This document shows positions 51,405-64,000 of a stretch of DNA of 64,000 nt, piece by piece; within the stretch, counting starts at the first letter, position 1, and each line of letters opens with the position of its first letter. Under the pieces are notes generated by a model. It saw only the letters and a list, made by a program, of their open reading frames with translations, did no database searches and was not told where the DNA came from. The stretch comes from Selaginella moellendorffii (taxonomy: Eukaryota > Plantae > Lycopodiophyta): contig NW_003314302.1 in NCBI RefSeq assembly GCF_000143415.4, forward strand, positions 1,181,820-1,245,819, written 5' to 3'. The position numbers and the translations under genes were made by a program.

Positions 51405-54400
51405 AATATTAATTTTTTGAGTCAATTGCTTAGGTGTTTCTGACACCTTGTATTGCACATGTTGTGCAAACTCCACTTCCTCATCTTATGAAGTTTTATA
51501 TTAGAGGGCACTATTATCCCCTCTTTTATCTTATACCACCCTAGGCATTAAGTTCCACTTATTCATAATTTGTGCTAAAGTTGTCCATGACTTGGCTATC
51601 TTGTTACTCCATTTATTTGAGTTTTCACTTTTTACTAAATTTGAGCATTTGGTAATCCTATCATGGGAAATATATTTCCTTTTTCACAATCCATTAGCAT
51701 CCACCACACAATAATTCTTTATCTAACTTATCATTTGGATTCCTTCCAACAATTTTCAAAGGTTAGTCTTGGTTATTAATCTCTTGCTTTTATCCTTTAA
51801 TTGTTACACCAAGCAATATAAAATCACTAACTCTATCCTTAGGGTATTTTTTTGGTTTTTGAGAAAAGGCTATATTTTGCTAAGTCCAAGGGGTGTTCAT
51901 CCCTATTAAGTCTCATTAACATTTTCCATTGCAAACACTATTTATAACCTAATTTTATGATCTTCCTATGGATCTTTACTTGGAGACTACTTTCTTAGAC
52001 TCATAGTACCATTATATTGTTATACATCATTTCACCTAAGTGTTTTTCCCACTTAGTCCTCTTGACCAAGTCACACTATACCACTTGTTTAAATCACCAC
52101 TTTAAACTAAGAATTTTGATCTTTAACCTAGCTAGAAGTTTTTCCTTGATTCTAGTGATCCTATATAGATATTATAACAAATTTACTAATAGATACTAGA
52201 TTTCTCTGACTTTTGAGTTGTTGACCATGACCGTAGGGCATCTTTCACACTTGGTAGTGCACCCAAATCAGCCCTTCTGAATAAAGGTCTATAACAACCA
52301 ATATTAGGTGTCTCCATTTCATTTATCACGTCCTCGGTGCCACTTGCACTAAAGTGTTCAAGTTAAATATATTGACCTTTCACACTAAATATATTAGCCA
52401 TGCATCATAACTTTGGGCTATCGTTGTGTGCCCAAGACAATCTCTTTACTAAAAGTTTATGACCACTAAAAATTGTATCCTTATATTCCAAACCATCCTA
52501 GTGTATTGGGACTCAAACCTAAGCACTAGAGGGTTAAGACTTAAACACAATTTTTGTATATGCATCTACAGATGGCTTCAACTAGGATGCTTAGCATGAC
52601 TCCTTATGTCAGTGCACCAACTTATATCCAACAAACATTATAAATCATAGTTTAGGAACCTAGTTCCTCTGAAGTCTTCCAAATCCTTTTGACAAGCTAG
52701 TTGACTAACCTATGATCATGTATAAACTTCTCTATGTTTGGCCGTATAGGCCACCCTTTTGAAGTCATTACTTTCAATTAGGGTCTTTGTTTCTTTGATT
52801 TGAAAATTTTGCTTAACAAGTCATCTAACCAACATAATATGGTTCTATACATAAACTTGAAAGCTTTGACTCTTGTTCAAAGCCATCTCTTTGAACATAC
52901 AAAAACTACTTCCTCAATTTTGATAGTATTGCCTTATAGCAAGCTTCAAGACCACACCACTTTAATTTCATGTATTTCTATGAACCATTTACACTTGTCT
53001 TTCTAAATATCAACTTATCTAAAATTGTCTTTGGGAATATTTGAAAGGACTCCATCTTTTAGGTTGCTAAGATCTCTCCCTTTGCAAGCTTCTTGATTAT
53101 TTTATGGTTTAATATAGGCAATTTCATACTTTAGACTCCCTATGATACATAGTCACAAATAGCACACTCTTGAGCATATGCTTGATTCCCCACTTTTAGT
53201 TTGTATAACCACTCTTAGTTATGCCCTTTAATTCTTATAGTTTGGTTCTATCCTTTTATTATTTGCTCTTAGCCTTATACATTCCCTTTAATTATTCTCT
53301 TCCAGGCTAGGAGGGTAGCTTAACACTTTCTACAATACCCTTAACAAGTATTCTTAGGATATATATCAGATGAACCTACTTAATGGCCTAAAAAGTGGTT
53401 TCTCATATTCTACACACCAAAATTAACATGATTACTCATAAGCCTTCATATACCTGTTGCTAGCAATGCTAAAATCCTTTTGGCTTTATTCACTTAAAAT
53501 AGACGAACCTACCCCATCTTTATCTTTTGTCAACCCTGGACATTAGATAACATTTCTTAATACATTATAACCTAGGGACTTAGACCTTTGGGCCTTATCT
53601 ACTGCCTTTATAATACCAAACACTACTTCTTTGGTATTTTAAAGTGCCTATATATTTCAATGATGGACTTCCCAGGTAATGGATATTTTCTATTATAACA
53701 CTTAACCCACTATATTGCAAAATAAGCACAACATCCCTTAAGGGATGTAACTAACTCCCATATTCCATCAAAAAGTCATAGGAAGTTAAATCTTACTAAT
53801 CCAAATAATTACTCTAAATCTTTACTTAGTTGCCTCATAGTTATGATGTCCTACTATAGCATATGTGGTTTTTACCCTTTATCCTATGGTGATTTATTAT
53901 AGGATAACCACAAAGCAGAACATAAACCCTCTATGTACCACATGCCACATGCCATATGCCATATGCCATGTGTCCCAAGGATAGTGGAGCAGAACCTGAG
54001 TTTCAGGGCCTTGGGCCACTGAATGAAGGAGCAGAGCCAAACTTCTAAGCATGGAGCTAAAGAGCGAAGGAACTGGAGCACAAAGCGACTCCTAAACATT
54101 TAGCCCAAGGAGCAAAGAAACTAGAGCATAAAGCAACTCCTAAGCATTTAGCCCAAGGAGCGAAGGGACAAAATAATGGAGCAACTTGGAACAGTCTTAG
54201 AGCATCCCACATCCCAATGCTAGAATTAGCATGCAAAATGGAGTTTAACGTTATTTTAGTATACTGGTGGTCTAATACAAAGACATGGATACTCCATCAG
54301 CTAGTATGGTGTGGAATTTGGGCTTAGACTCAAGCTGGACACAAAACAAGGATAGGCACGCAACCAAGAACTAGACTATGCTTCAGGTTGGTATGCTATG

Positions 54401-54439
54401 CCTGACTTACCCACTATCTCTACTATATATTTGGAACAT

Positions 54440-57040
54440 TATTAAGCACTAGGTTAAAATAATAGGATAAAGAAAGGGCCCTACAATCAAGTGATCACCC
54501 CTTTAGTCAATTAGTTTAGGGTGTAAGGGATAGGATCTTAACAACTAGAGTGACATCTTAGGGTGTTAAGACGAATCCAAGGAAAGTGGCTGTGGTTTAA
54601 ATATGATTGTGGACGATCATTCCCTGACGAGGGGAGGATTGTTAGGCACCAAGTTAGGATAATAGGATAAAGAAAGGACCCTACAATCAAGTGATCACCT
54701 CTTTAGCCAGTTGGCTTAGGGTGTAAGGGATAGGATCCTAATAGCTGGGGTGCACTAGAGCTTCATTCAACAATCGTTTCAGCGCCACAAAACTCTCTTC
54801 TTGTGGCTTTTTCCACTCAAATGGCATGTTCTTGCATAACAATTATATCAAAGGAATAACCACCTCCACAAACTTATGCTGGAAATGTTGGTAGTAACTA
54901 GCCATACCAAGAAAACTACACAACTCAGCCACTGTAGTCAGTGTAGGCCAATTTTCCACCATAGCCACCTTCCTTGGATTCGTCTTGACACCTTGAGATG
55001 TCTTCACATTGCTGATCCATCAAAACCTTATGAAGTGACATATGATGCAAGTGATTATGCATTGGGGGGAGTTCTCATGCAAGAGGGACAGCCTATTGCA
55101 TATGAGAGTCAAACTTTGAATCTCACAGAGCAACACTATTCCACATATGAGCAAAAGTTACTCTCTATTGTTCATGCTTTGCAGATGTGGTGGCACTATC
55201 TTTATGGTGCAATATTCATGGTGTTGATGGATCACAAACCACTTGTGTATCTTTTCACACAAAAGGATTTGAACACTAGGCAAGCTCATTAGATGGTTAA
55301 ACTTATGGAGTTTAGGGAGTTTCCTATTGAGCATCGTCCGGGAAAATCAAATGTGGTGGTGGATGTTTTATCTCATGTTTGTCATGTGACGGCATTCTAA
55401 ACACAATTTTGTCATCATTTGAGTAAAGTGGTTAGCGAGTTTGGGTAGTTGTTTAAGCATGCTCGGGCTTAAGATGCTGAGGTGGCCTCTTTGTGAAACC
55501 AAATGGAAGCCCCTTTCTCATTGGTGGATGGGATTCTCTACTACAATGGCTGTGTATATTTGCCACAGGTGGATGCATTAATTACTCAAGTTTTATTCCA
55601 CTATCATGATCATCCAGAGGCTGGTCATTTTGGGGGGAAGAAGACGTATGAGTTGATTAAGTGCAATTTTTATTGGAGGAATATAAAAGCTGATATCCTC
55701 AAGTATTATAAATCATGCGAGCTTTGTGAAAGGGTTAAGGTGCCACGGGAGAAGCCAGGGGGACTTTTGCAACATTTACCTATTCCTCAAAGCCGTTAGT
55801 GTAGTATCTCTATGGACTTCAACACTTGTTTGTCATGAATATAGAGGCAAAAAGAGCAAATATGGGTCATAGTGGATCGGTTGACAAAGTATGTGTGGTT
55901 GTTAGCTTTTCAAAAGATTGTCACTGCCTCAAACTTGGCTGCAGTCTACTTGGAGAAGGTTTTTTCTGATTTTGGTTTGCTAGAGGACATTATTAGTGAT
56001 TGAGATTCAAAGTTCACAAGTGGATTTTGGAAGAGTTTTGTAAAGGCTACGCAAGTGACTTTGAAACTCTTGAATAGAGAACATCCTTAGATGGATGGGC
56101 AAACCGAGCATGTGAATCAGGTGGTGGAAGATATGCTACGCTATAGCATTGGTTAAAGGCAAAGACAGTGGGATCTATATCTTCCGTTGGTGCAATTTAC
56201 TTACAACAATAGCCAATACAATGGAACCAAGTCCTTACTTTGCCATGTTTGGAAGGCATTCCCGAACAGTGGTGGAGTTGGGATTGCATTTGAGTAAGGA
56301 CGTTCAAGATAAGTTTGATTCTGAGGTGACTAATCTAGCCATAGAACTTGATGAGATTCTGGTGGTGTGCAAACAAAATTTGCAGACAGCTCAAAATAGA
56401 GCGGAGAAGTTTTCTAATGAGCATTGCCAATTTCGGGAATATAAGATGGGTGATCTCATCTTCATGCAAGTGATCTTTCCATCAAGTGAGCGGTAGAATA
56501 GCTTGGTGCCTTCACAAATAGGGAAGAATGATAAACTTTTCCATCGATATGCTAGTTCATATGAAGTGCTAGAACACATTGGTAAAGCAGCTTATTAGGT
56601 GCAACTGTTAGCTAAGGTGAAAATTCATTCGGTATTTTATTTTAGCCAGTTAAAAGGTGTACTATCTCGGAGTGATGGGCCCAATGCCTCCTTGATGTAT
56701 GCAGCTGTGGAAAATAGACTAGGAGCTTGAGCAAGGTTCCCTAGAAAGGGTGATCACCAGTATAACTCGTCCTTGGGACAAGGACTTTGTTGGGGGGGAA
56801 GAATTGTTAGGCACCAGCTTTGACCATGTGGTTAATGTGGGTCAAAGGGAGGGTCAAGGGTATATTAAGGCATGTTAGGGTAAGGGACTTAACCTACCCT
56901 AGGGCTCACAGTAGAGTGGTGGCACAGTGGATCTTTTGAGGTAGCTCAGGGGTGGGTGGGTGGTGAGGAACCTCAAAAGGTAGTGTAGTATGGTTTAGGG
57001 TGACTAGATCTCTATCTTTTTGTGCCGGATCTATCTTTTT
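54440..57040 (+). mobile_element. Family E: mini-TRIM (104-bp LTRs 54440-54543 and 54640-54743) fused to RH-IN pol, a PPT and a different LTR starting TGTTAGGCACCA at ~56804
   Basis: Direct repeats TGTTAGG...CCTAACA (degenerate), PPT GAGGGGAGGAT, DASDYALGG, HDHPEAGHFGG, PPT GGGGGGGAAGAAT. Confidence 0.75.
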
Positions 57041-57584
57041 GTGCCGGTGTCACCTAGCTTACAAAAGTGTGATATACTCTTGCTTGCAGTGATATAGAGA
57101 GAGAAGCTAGAGGCCCCAACCCTCATGAGCAAAGAAACCAAACCTATTAGTAAGGTTTAGATAAACTACTGTAAACAGGCAATTAGAGTTGTTTACATGG
57201 TCATGCCCTTTTATAATGAAATAAGGAACATCGACAAAGGGGCAGGTGATGTGACCAGTTGACAGTAGCTACCTCATGACTAAAGATTTCATTATGTATA
57301 TGAAGTGCCAAAGCCAGTTTGCCTATACTTGCTCAAACTAAAAAATTAATAGATGGACAATATCAAAGTCAAAGACAATGATATTTGAGAGACTTAATTA
57401 TCAGTGAATAAATCTTAGTTTAGAACACAAAAGTATTCCAAGTAAGTTATCATCCAATAAACTAGTATTAGAGTACAGAAACCACAAAGATCATCATAAT
57501 TGAAAAATATAAGATTCATTATCCAACAAAATTTAATAGCAAATGTACCATTAAAAAAACTTAATAATAAAATTTAGCTACTAA

Positions 57585-57746
57585 TGTAGTGCATGTGATC
57601 ATAGGATGAGATTTGGATATACTGTCACCGTGGATCCTTGGAACCTTGGGGGATAAATGGGGATAAAATAGCCACTAAGGGCTCTCTCATCAAGCAATTG
57701 CCCCTTTTCCAATTGGCTTAAAGGGAGAGAGATAAGGTGCGCTACA
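57585..57746 (+). mobile_element. 162-bp solo LTR
   Basis: TGTAGTGCA...TGCGCTACA termini, TSD ACTAA, and an empty site in the paralogous sequence near 39330. Confidence 0.85.
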
Positions 57747-59799
57747 ACTAAAAATTATAGATATCATGCCAAACAACTTATGAAAAACAACTAAAAGAAC
57801 ACAAGTATCATTAACTTGGTAAGCAAAATGCTCGTGAATGTATTGCCCAAAGGAAATAACATTTAATCTATCAGCACCAGCTATAACAACAATTAATAGA
57901 ATAGAATGAATGTAGCGAGACTAAGAAACACTTATTCATGCTAACTATCATATTATCTAATCTGAATAAATCCCAATCAATAACATTAAGGAACTAGAGT
58001 TTCTCATGCAAGCATCAATAATATCCTTTCAATATCTCAAACCCAAAAGACCAATCTTGAGCAAAATACAAAGAATATATGATAATGCAAAAAACCATAA
58101 GCTATAGAAAAAACAACTAACCATCATGAAAGATCATCAATCATCTCATTAAAATAGAGATGTATAATCATCATTGAAGGAAGAATTTACCATTTTGAAG
58201 AACGGCAAATCATTCTATCAACAATAATTAAGCAAAACTTTGACAAGGAAATCAACTATCCTAGATGATAGTCAATCATCATTAATGATTGCTAGATGCA
58301 ACTAACTTTAATTTGAAGCTAATAAGCTAGAAATGCCTTCCCCAACAACTCCTAACAAATGGAATAATAAGTATAAAACCCAAAGAACCAAAAACTCGAA
58401 GAAGCCTATAGCTAAGTCGTGCCTAACAATGATCATGAATTTCGCATGAACTAATGTCAATGCAAAAGAAGAAATCATTGTATAACCCACAATATTCTCC
58501 TCAACATATCCAAAAGCCAAATTTCGTAATGCAAAAGCTAATAAAGAGCATGTCTGCATTAATCCAAAAACTAAATATAATGAAGCTATGCTCAACAAGT
58601 GATCACGAAACTAATCCTTTATGAATCCATCTTTATAACAAGACATAATTCACTTTATAATAAGCATAAGAAGAATTATCAATAATTAATATATCCCCAA
58701 CTCAAATCCAAAAAAGAACCAACATCTTCAATATCAATCACTAACTCTTCCTCTTATATAGCTAGTTTAGTTCATGATTAAATCACTTTTCAAGGAAAAG
58801 CTCAAAGCTCAACCCCTACTAAACAATATTATCTAGAACATATCTAATCTTAACTTGCCACTCAGCTCATTTAAATGTTAACACAATTGCTAACTAGCAA
58901 TTGTACAAATGTCAATAACATAAAACTACAACCAAACTATCAACACTATTTGTATCGAGACTAATGAAACTCAATATCAATCCTATAAAGAGACATTTTA
59001 TCTCACTCAAATCTCAACAACCACAATATCAATGATAAAACATCACTTCAATGCCATTAGCATCAGAATAAAGCTAGAATAAAGCAAGAGTGAATTACAA
59101 CTCAAAGCTCTCTAGCAACCAAGCTAACCAAAGTCAAAGATACCTTAGCCAGTATTTGAAACTAATCCTTCAACAATACTCAATTACAAATAACACATTA
59201 TCAAGGAGTGATTCACCATGTCCAAGACTCAATAAAATCCAACACCACGGACTAAACACAACCAAATGATATCGACAGAAGTAGAGTTAATATACTAATA
59301 TGGAATAAACCATACAAGTCTAATGACATGATCCTTTACAACACCATTTAGTAAAGCAAGCTCATCATTAATAAATCTTCATCAAGTGAAGCAAGTATCC
59401 ACAGTCTTCGACAAAATCTATAAGTAATCACTAGTTGTAAAGTAACCAACAATCACTCTTCAACTTACCTTTCACAAGACTTAAACACTAAACTTATACT
59501 ATTGAGTCATATACTTATCCAACATAAACGTAATACCCTAGGTACAAGATAAAGGTTCATGGATAAACATAAACTAAATGACCACTCAAATCCAACTTAA
59601 CTATAATAAGCTTACTAATGCATTTAGCCAATAGTTCTGAGTATGCCTTGAAGAGGTTAATTATGCATGATCAACACTTAGTTGAAACTAAAGTGAAGAT
59701 CATGAGATGGACTCATATTGGTACACAACCTTCTCATAAAAAAATCTATAATACAAGCATTAACACTTTAACTTCAAACAATTAAACTAGACATCACCA

Positions 59800-60115
59800 T
59801 ACTCAAGATGATGCTGTAGGAGTTCTTCTAGAATCATTGCTTGCTTAGTTTGGATCCCATAGAATCTTGGGAGAGTTTATGGAAGGATATCTTTCGAGTT
59901 ATAGGTAAGCCTTTATCGAAAAGATGGAGATCAATGTTTTGATGATCTAGCCAGATTGCTCAATTGGCTATGGGCAAACATAAAGTGCCTCATGATTGTT
60001 GATGTTTTGGAAAGCATGCTCCAAACCAAGTTTAATAGCAATGAGAGAACCTAGTTCTCAAGTGATTTATTATTAATATAAAGATTTAATAAATATAATA
60101 ATAATAATAAAAACA
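59800..60115 (+). repeat. Third partial copy of the G6PD upstream region
   Basis: Matches 4480-4882 (GAGTTATAGGTAAGCC, GATTGCTCAATTGGCT, AAACCAAGTTTAATAGCAA, AATAATAATAATAAA-ACA). Confidence 0.85.
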
Positions 60116-63100
60116 TCTATATATCTATATATATAAAGTGATAAGGCAGAGGCTTGATAGCTGTTAGATCCTAGGTATATTGTTTTTTAATGTTAAATTG
60201 ATTGCCTCTTTTCATTGTAGGTTTTAGCATGGAACTACCATGCTCTCTACCACTACTCTTGCCATTACAGTAGTACATAAGTTGATGAGTGTGTAGGTTT
60301 GGCATTGCTAAGATATGATAGCTCAACAGATATCATCTCAAATGTCATTGACGAGGACCATCACATAGAATTCCTCTAGAGTGATTGTGCTTGACGCTAT
60401 AGTAGCTTTTGGTTTGATGGTATTAGCAACTAAAGAGACTGGCCATGCAATTTTTGCACTAGAAAAGGATAGTGCATTTAAAGGTGTTCTTGGGACATTT
60501 CATAAATAAAATATAAATTTCTCATTATAGTAATTCCATCATGGTTATGTATATTAAGTGGATTGATGACATGGGCTATAATGTGCCATGTTATGCAAAA
60601 GCACTCATATACAACAAGAGCCCACAGTTAGAGAGCATAATACTATACAAACTCCTCCTTTTATAGATGTGGATGCCAAGGAAGGCTAAGTTGTTTTTTT
60701 TTTAGTCGAATTTTTTAGTGGTATTATAGAGTTTCTTCTTTGACTCATGATATTTATTTTCTTATTAGACTTATATTATTTAGTTTTTTCTTGGATTGAA
60801 AATATGTCTTAAATTTTGAATAGAATTGTTGATTTGTCCTTTTGAACATTAACGTTTGTATTTAGTGGACTATATTGACTTTCATTGACTTGAGCTCAGC
60901 TCAAAAACTACCCAACCCCCAATACAAGCATTTAACATGTGTTCAGCAGTGTTTCTTACCCCCAAAGTAGTTGTTCCCATTCTTTAGCTCACCCTAGATG
61001 CCTAGCTAAAGTTTGCTTGCTGGATTAGTGGCAATTGCAATAATTGCACTTCTTCCTACAAAGATCCATGTCAGCATTTGATTGGCAATTGTTAATTTGG
61101 CCCTCAATTTTTGGAGATATGTTCCTAAGAAGAGTCAAAATTATATTTTGTTTCAAAATTATTTTGAATAGCAGTAGTTCTGATAGAGTGATTGAATTTA
61201 AAAATTCAATTAGAAACTCTTCAGGATGACCTGAGTCAACCATATCAATGCTCAAGTAAATATATGAATTACTTCATAATTTCCAACAATGTTATTATTT
61301 ATTCTGAATGTGTTGTCATTGAATGGGGTGAGAATAACCTTTGATGCAGCTTTATAAATATATTTAATGTCATTAATAACAAAGTTTATAATAAAGGTAG
61401 AGATAGATAGTGAATATAGTATTTTGATAATATCTGGTGGGAGACATGGCAACTAAAAGCTACTATCACCATTGCCAAGTTTGAGAAGCCATTCAAAAAA
61501 AGAAACACTACTTATCTTTATTAGTGTTAGTGTTTTAAAGAGTGACTATTGTCTATTCATTTTAATTGAGCTTGAAATAATAAAGGGTTTATGACCATGG
61601 GGAACAATAGGAAGGGTTTGACAAAAGTCACTACTTATAAATATTATAATGCCTCTAAATGGTTTAGAATTAAATTTGAGATACTTTAAATATTTATCAA
61701 GTGCAGAAAAATCATGTTATTAACTTCATCCTATATGAGAACATTTGATTATTTAATGGTTTTTCCAGCAACACTATTAATTGTTAAAGTAGAGATAGAA
61801 GTTTCATATAAAAGAACAAGCAGCTTTAAAGTTGTTTATGGAGTTTGACTATATTTTAGCAAAATGCATACAATCTTAGTCTATGCCATATTGATTTTTT
61901 TAATTTTTTATTGTAATACTATAATAATGGTATTATGTAGAAAATCTTTCCCAGACTAGGTCCATCAATAAAGAAACATTGATTTTAGTTAGAGTCAATG
62001 GCATTCATAATAAGCTAAAAAATATAGCATTATTAGTGATTGAATTTATTTATATTTGCATTGATTTAGTCTTATGATGGATCAAGGATCTATGTATTAA
62101 GCATGTGTTCAATAATGTCCTAATGTAGAGAATGGGCAGGAAGATCAAGCTCTCAAGTTTTTGAACAGGACAGAGGATGAAGGAGGCAATTGTGTAGCAG
62201 ACTATACAAGCTATATTGCTGATTTCAAGGCTTGCTCACCCCTGGTGGCTTGAGAAGAAGGCAAGGAGCTCAATGGGAAGCTTGTCAAAATTTTGGAGAA
62301 TACAATGATGCTTGAACTGTGAGAGGTGGATGAGGTTTGCAAGATATGGCTTCGAGAACTCATCTTGAGCTTGTTCTCTCTCACAAAAGAACAAAGACTG
62401 CAAACTCTTTGATGGTTTTGGCTATTGAGGGTTGGCTCCAGCTCTATTGCTCAATGGACCACAACAATCTGGTTGTGTGTGCTATAGAAGTCTAAGATGT
62501 GTTCATTTGGGTTTGCAAACATGGTTTATACAATGGCACTCCTCTTATTCTTAAACAAGCATCTCAAAATGTTTTAGATTATGAAATTATCACAAGATAA
62601 TTCCACGGATTGCCTGTCTTTATTCCACATATTACTCTTAGTGATAAAATCCTTTTTAAGATGTCCCAAAGACAATTGCCAGTTTGTCTGAATTATTTCT
62701 TAATTATTTCTAAATCCCAAGTCCAAACTTTTGACCATGTTGGCATTTACCTACCCCAACCTATTTTCGCACATTATGCTCTCTCAAGGTGCAGATCATT
62801 TGAGCAACTTCATGTTCAAGTGCTCACAATCCTCCTTCAAGGCAATCTTATACTACATGATCAACACTTTTACACTGTGAAAATAGTCTATACTAAACTT
62901 CTTAAATACATCTCACAATTGCAAATCCAACCATGATTCCACAAAGATATCTACTCAACCACCCTTGACTTGCAGTTGCAAGTTTTAAGTGCACACCACA
63001 GGACAATTAGCATTGAGTGGTATGCCATTTTGGTTATGGCAACATGCTGTCAAAGTTCTAATAGTAGAGGTAGATTTCTTATCTTGTTGCTTCCTGAGTG

Positions 63101-64000
63101 CAACTGTCATTGCAGTGTAATGGTTTCTGGCTCATCTCAGGAGGAATTTCTTGAGTGCCTGAAGGGGGCTTTGGAGCAAGTAGCAACAGCTGAGCCAAAG
63201 ATGGACTTGGAAGCAATCTTTTGCCTCTTTGTGTTCAGAATGAAGGAATGCAACTCAATACTGATTTGATTTGGCTTATGCAATGTTTATAGAGTTTGCA
63301 AATTCCAGCATAGGAAATTTGGATGTGAGAAGTTTAGACAAAAATCAAGTATAGTAAGTGCATTACTATTTTATGATTATTGTGTGGCATGATGAGCATG
63401 TGAGCAATAACCACAACCAGCATGCCCGGGCTGGGGGAGGAAGGGTGAGCAACACCTGTTTGTTTGCATGGCCTAGGAGGGATAAAACTCTCCTTTTACT
63501 GCAGCTCCTCTCAGATGTGAAGTTTCCAAGGGAACTGGGAGAGGAGCAGCTGCTGACCAGACCACCCAGCACCAGAGATGGAGGCCTAGGAGATGCCACT
63601 TGAGCACAGGGATGTTCATGGTACACATGTGACCAGGTATGTGCTAAGCATGATAGCTTAGACCATTAAAGAATGAGCAGCTTGCTTGTACACTGGATTG
63701 ACATTGCTTGGTATTGTGAGCTGAAGCAATTTGCAAGTCTTATGGCTCTACTTTGCCTAGGCTTTTGTGCAACTCAGCTCAACATCCAGAAACTTTTCAG
63801 TGGGTCACAGCAGCACAAATGTATGTGCTTGTGCTAGGTATCCAAAACTTGGATGGTGGCTAGTAAAGGGAAGGATTGTGCCAGTCTCCCCCTGATGTCC
63901 TAGTAGAAGTGCATTCTTTACAATGTCTCTCCAGCTGAGATGATCTTGCACAATAGCAACTTTATGCATATGCTGTGTCTAAGGTCTTATCCATCCCTTT
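60116..64000 (+). mobile_element. Degenerate Helitron (5' end plus PIF1-like helicase remnants; 3' end not identified in the window)
   Basis: A|TCTATATATCTATATATATAAAG 5' end. Minus strand: FFIDGPSLGK, SDFCQTLPIVP, ILTPFND, EFLNSI...LLRNISP. Plus strand: GLYNGT, QRQLPV...ISKSQVQT...VGIYLPQPIFAH...ALSRC. Confidence 0.8.

Larger units (their letters stand above)
53855..59790 (-). mobile_element. Second partial family D copy (LTR part 53855-54439; internal 57045-59790), interrupted by family E
   Basis: 57050+ aligns to 38805-40600 and the LTR part aligns to 50235+. Confidence 0.75.

Overview
Eukaryotic land-plant nuclear DNA. The ~45-80 nt introns, plant genes and scaffold N-gaps fit a compact lycophyte genome such as Selaginella (inferred, not verified). 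The first 7 kb holds host genes: a POLTERGEIST/PLL-type PP2C 5' end, a ROCK1-like nucleotide-sugar transporter and a plastidic G6PD. The rest is a nest of transposable elements around a G6PD pseudogene copy (24.9-26.9 kb) and a probable third upstream-region copy cut by a Helitron at 60116. Three observations stand out. (1) A Ty3/Gypsy chromovirus, present in two full copies, has two short GT-AG introns inside the integrase. (2) A TRIM has 5S-rRNA-derived LTR sequence (Cassandra-type). (3) A single TSD-bounded composite (9859-16821) has Cassandra-type LTRs enclosing that chromovirus's gag-pol and one of its LTRs. The two families share LTR termini, PBS and PPT, which points to the chromovirus as the TRIM's autonomous helper. 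All calls are by eye; no database searches were run.
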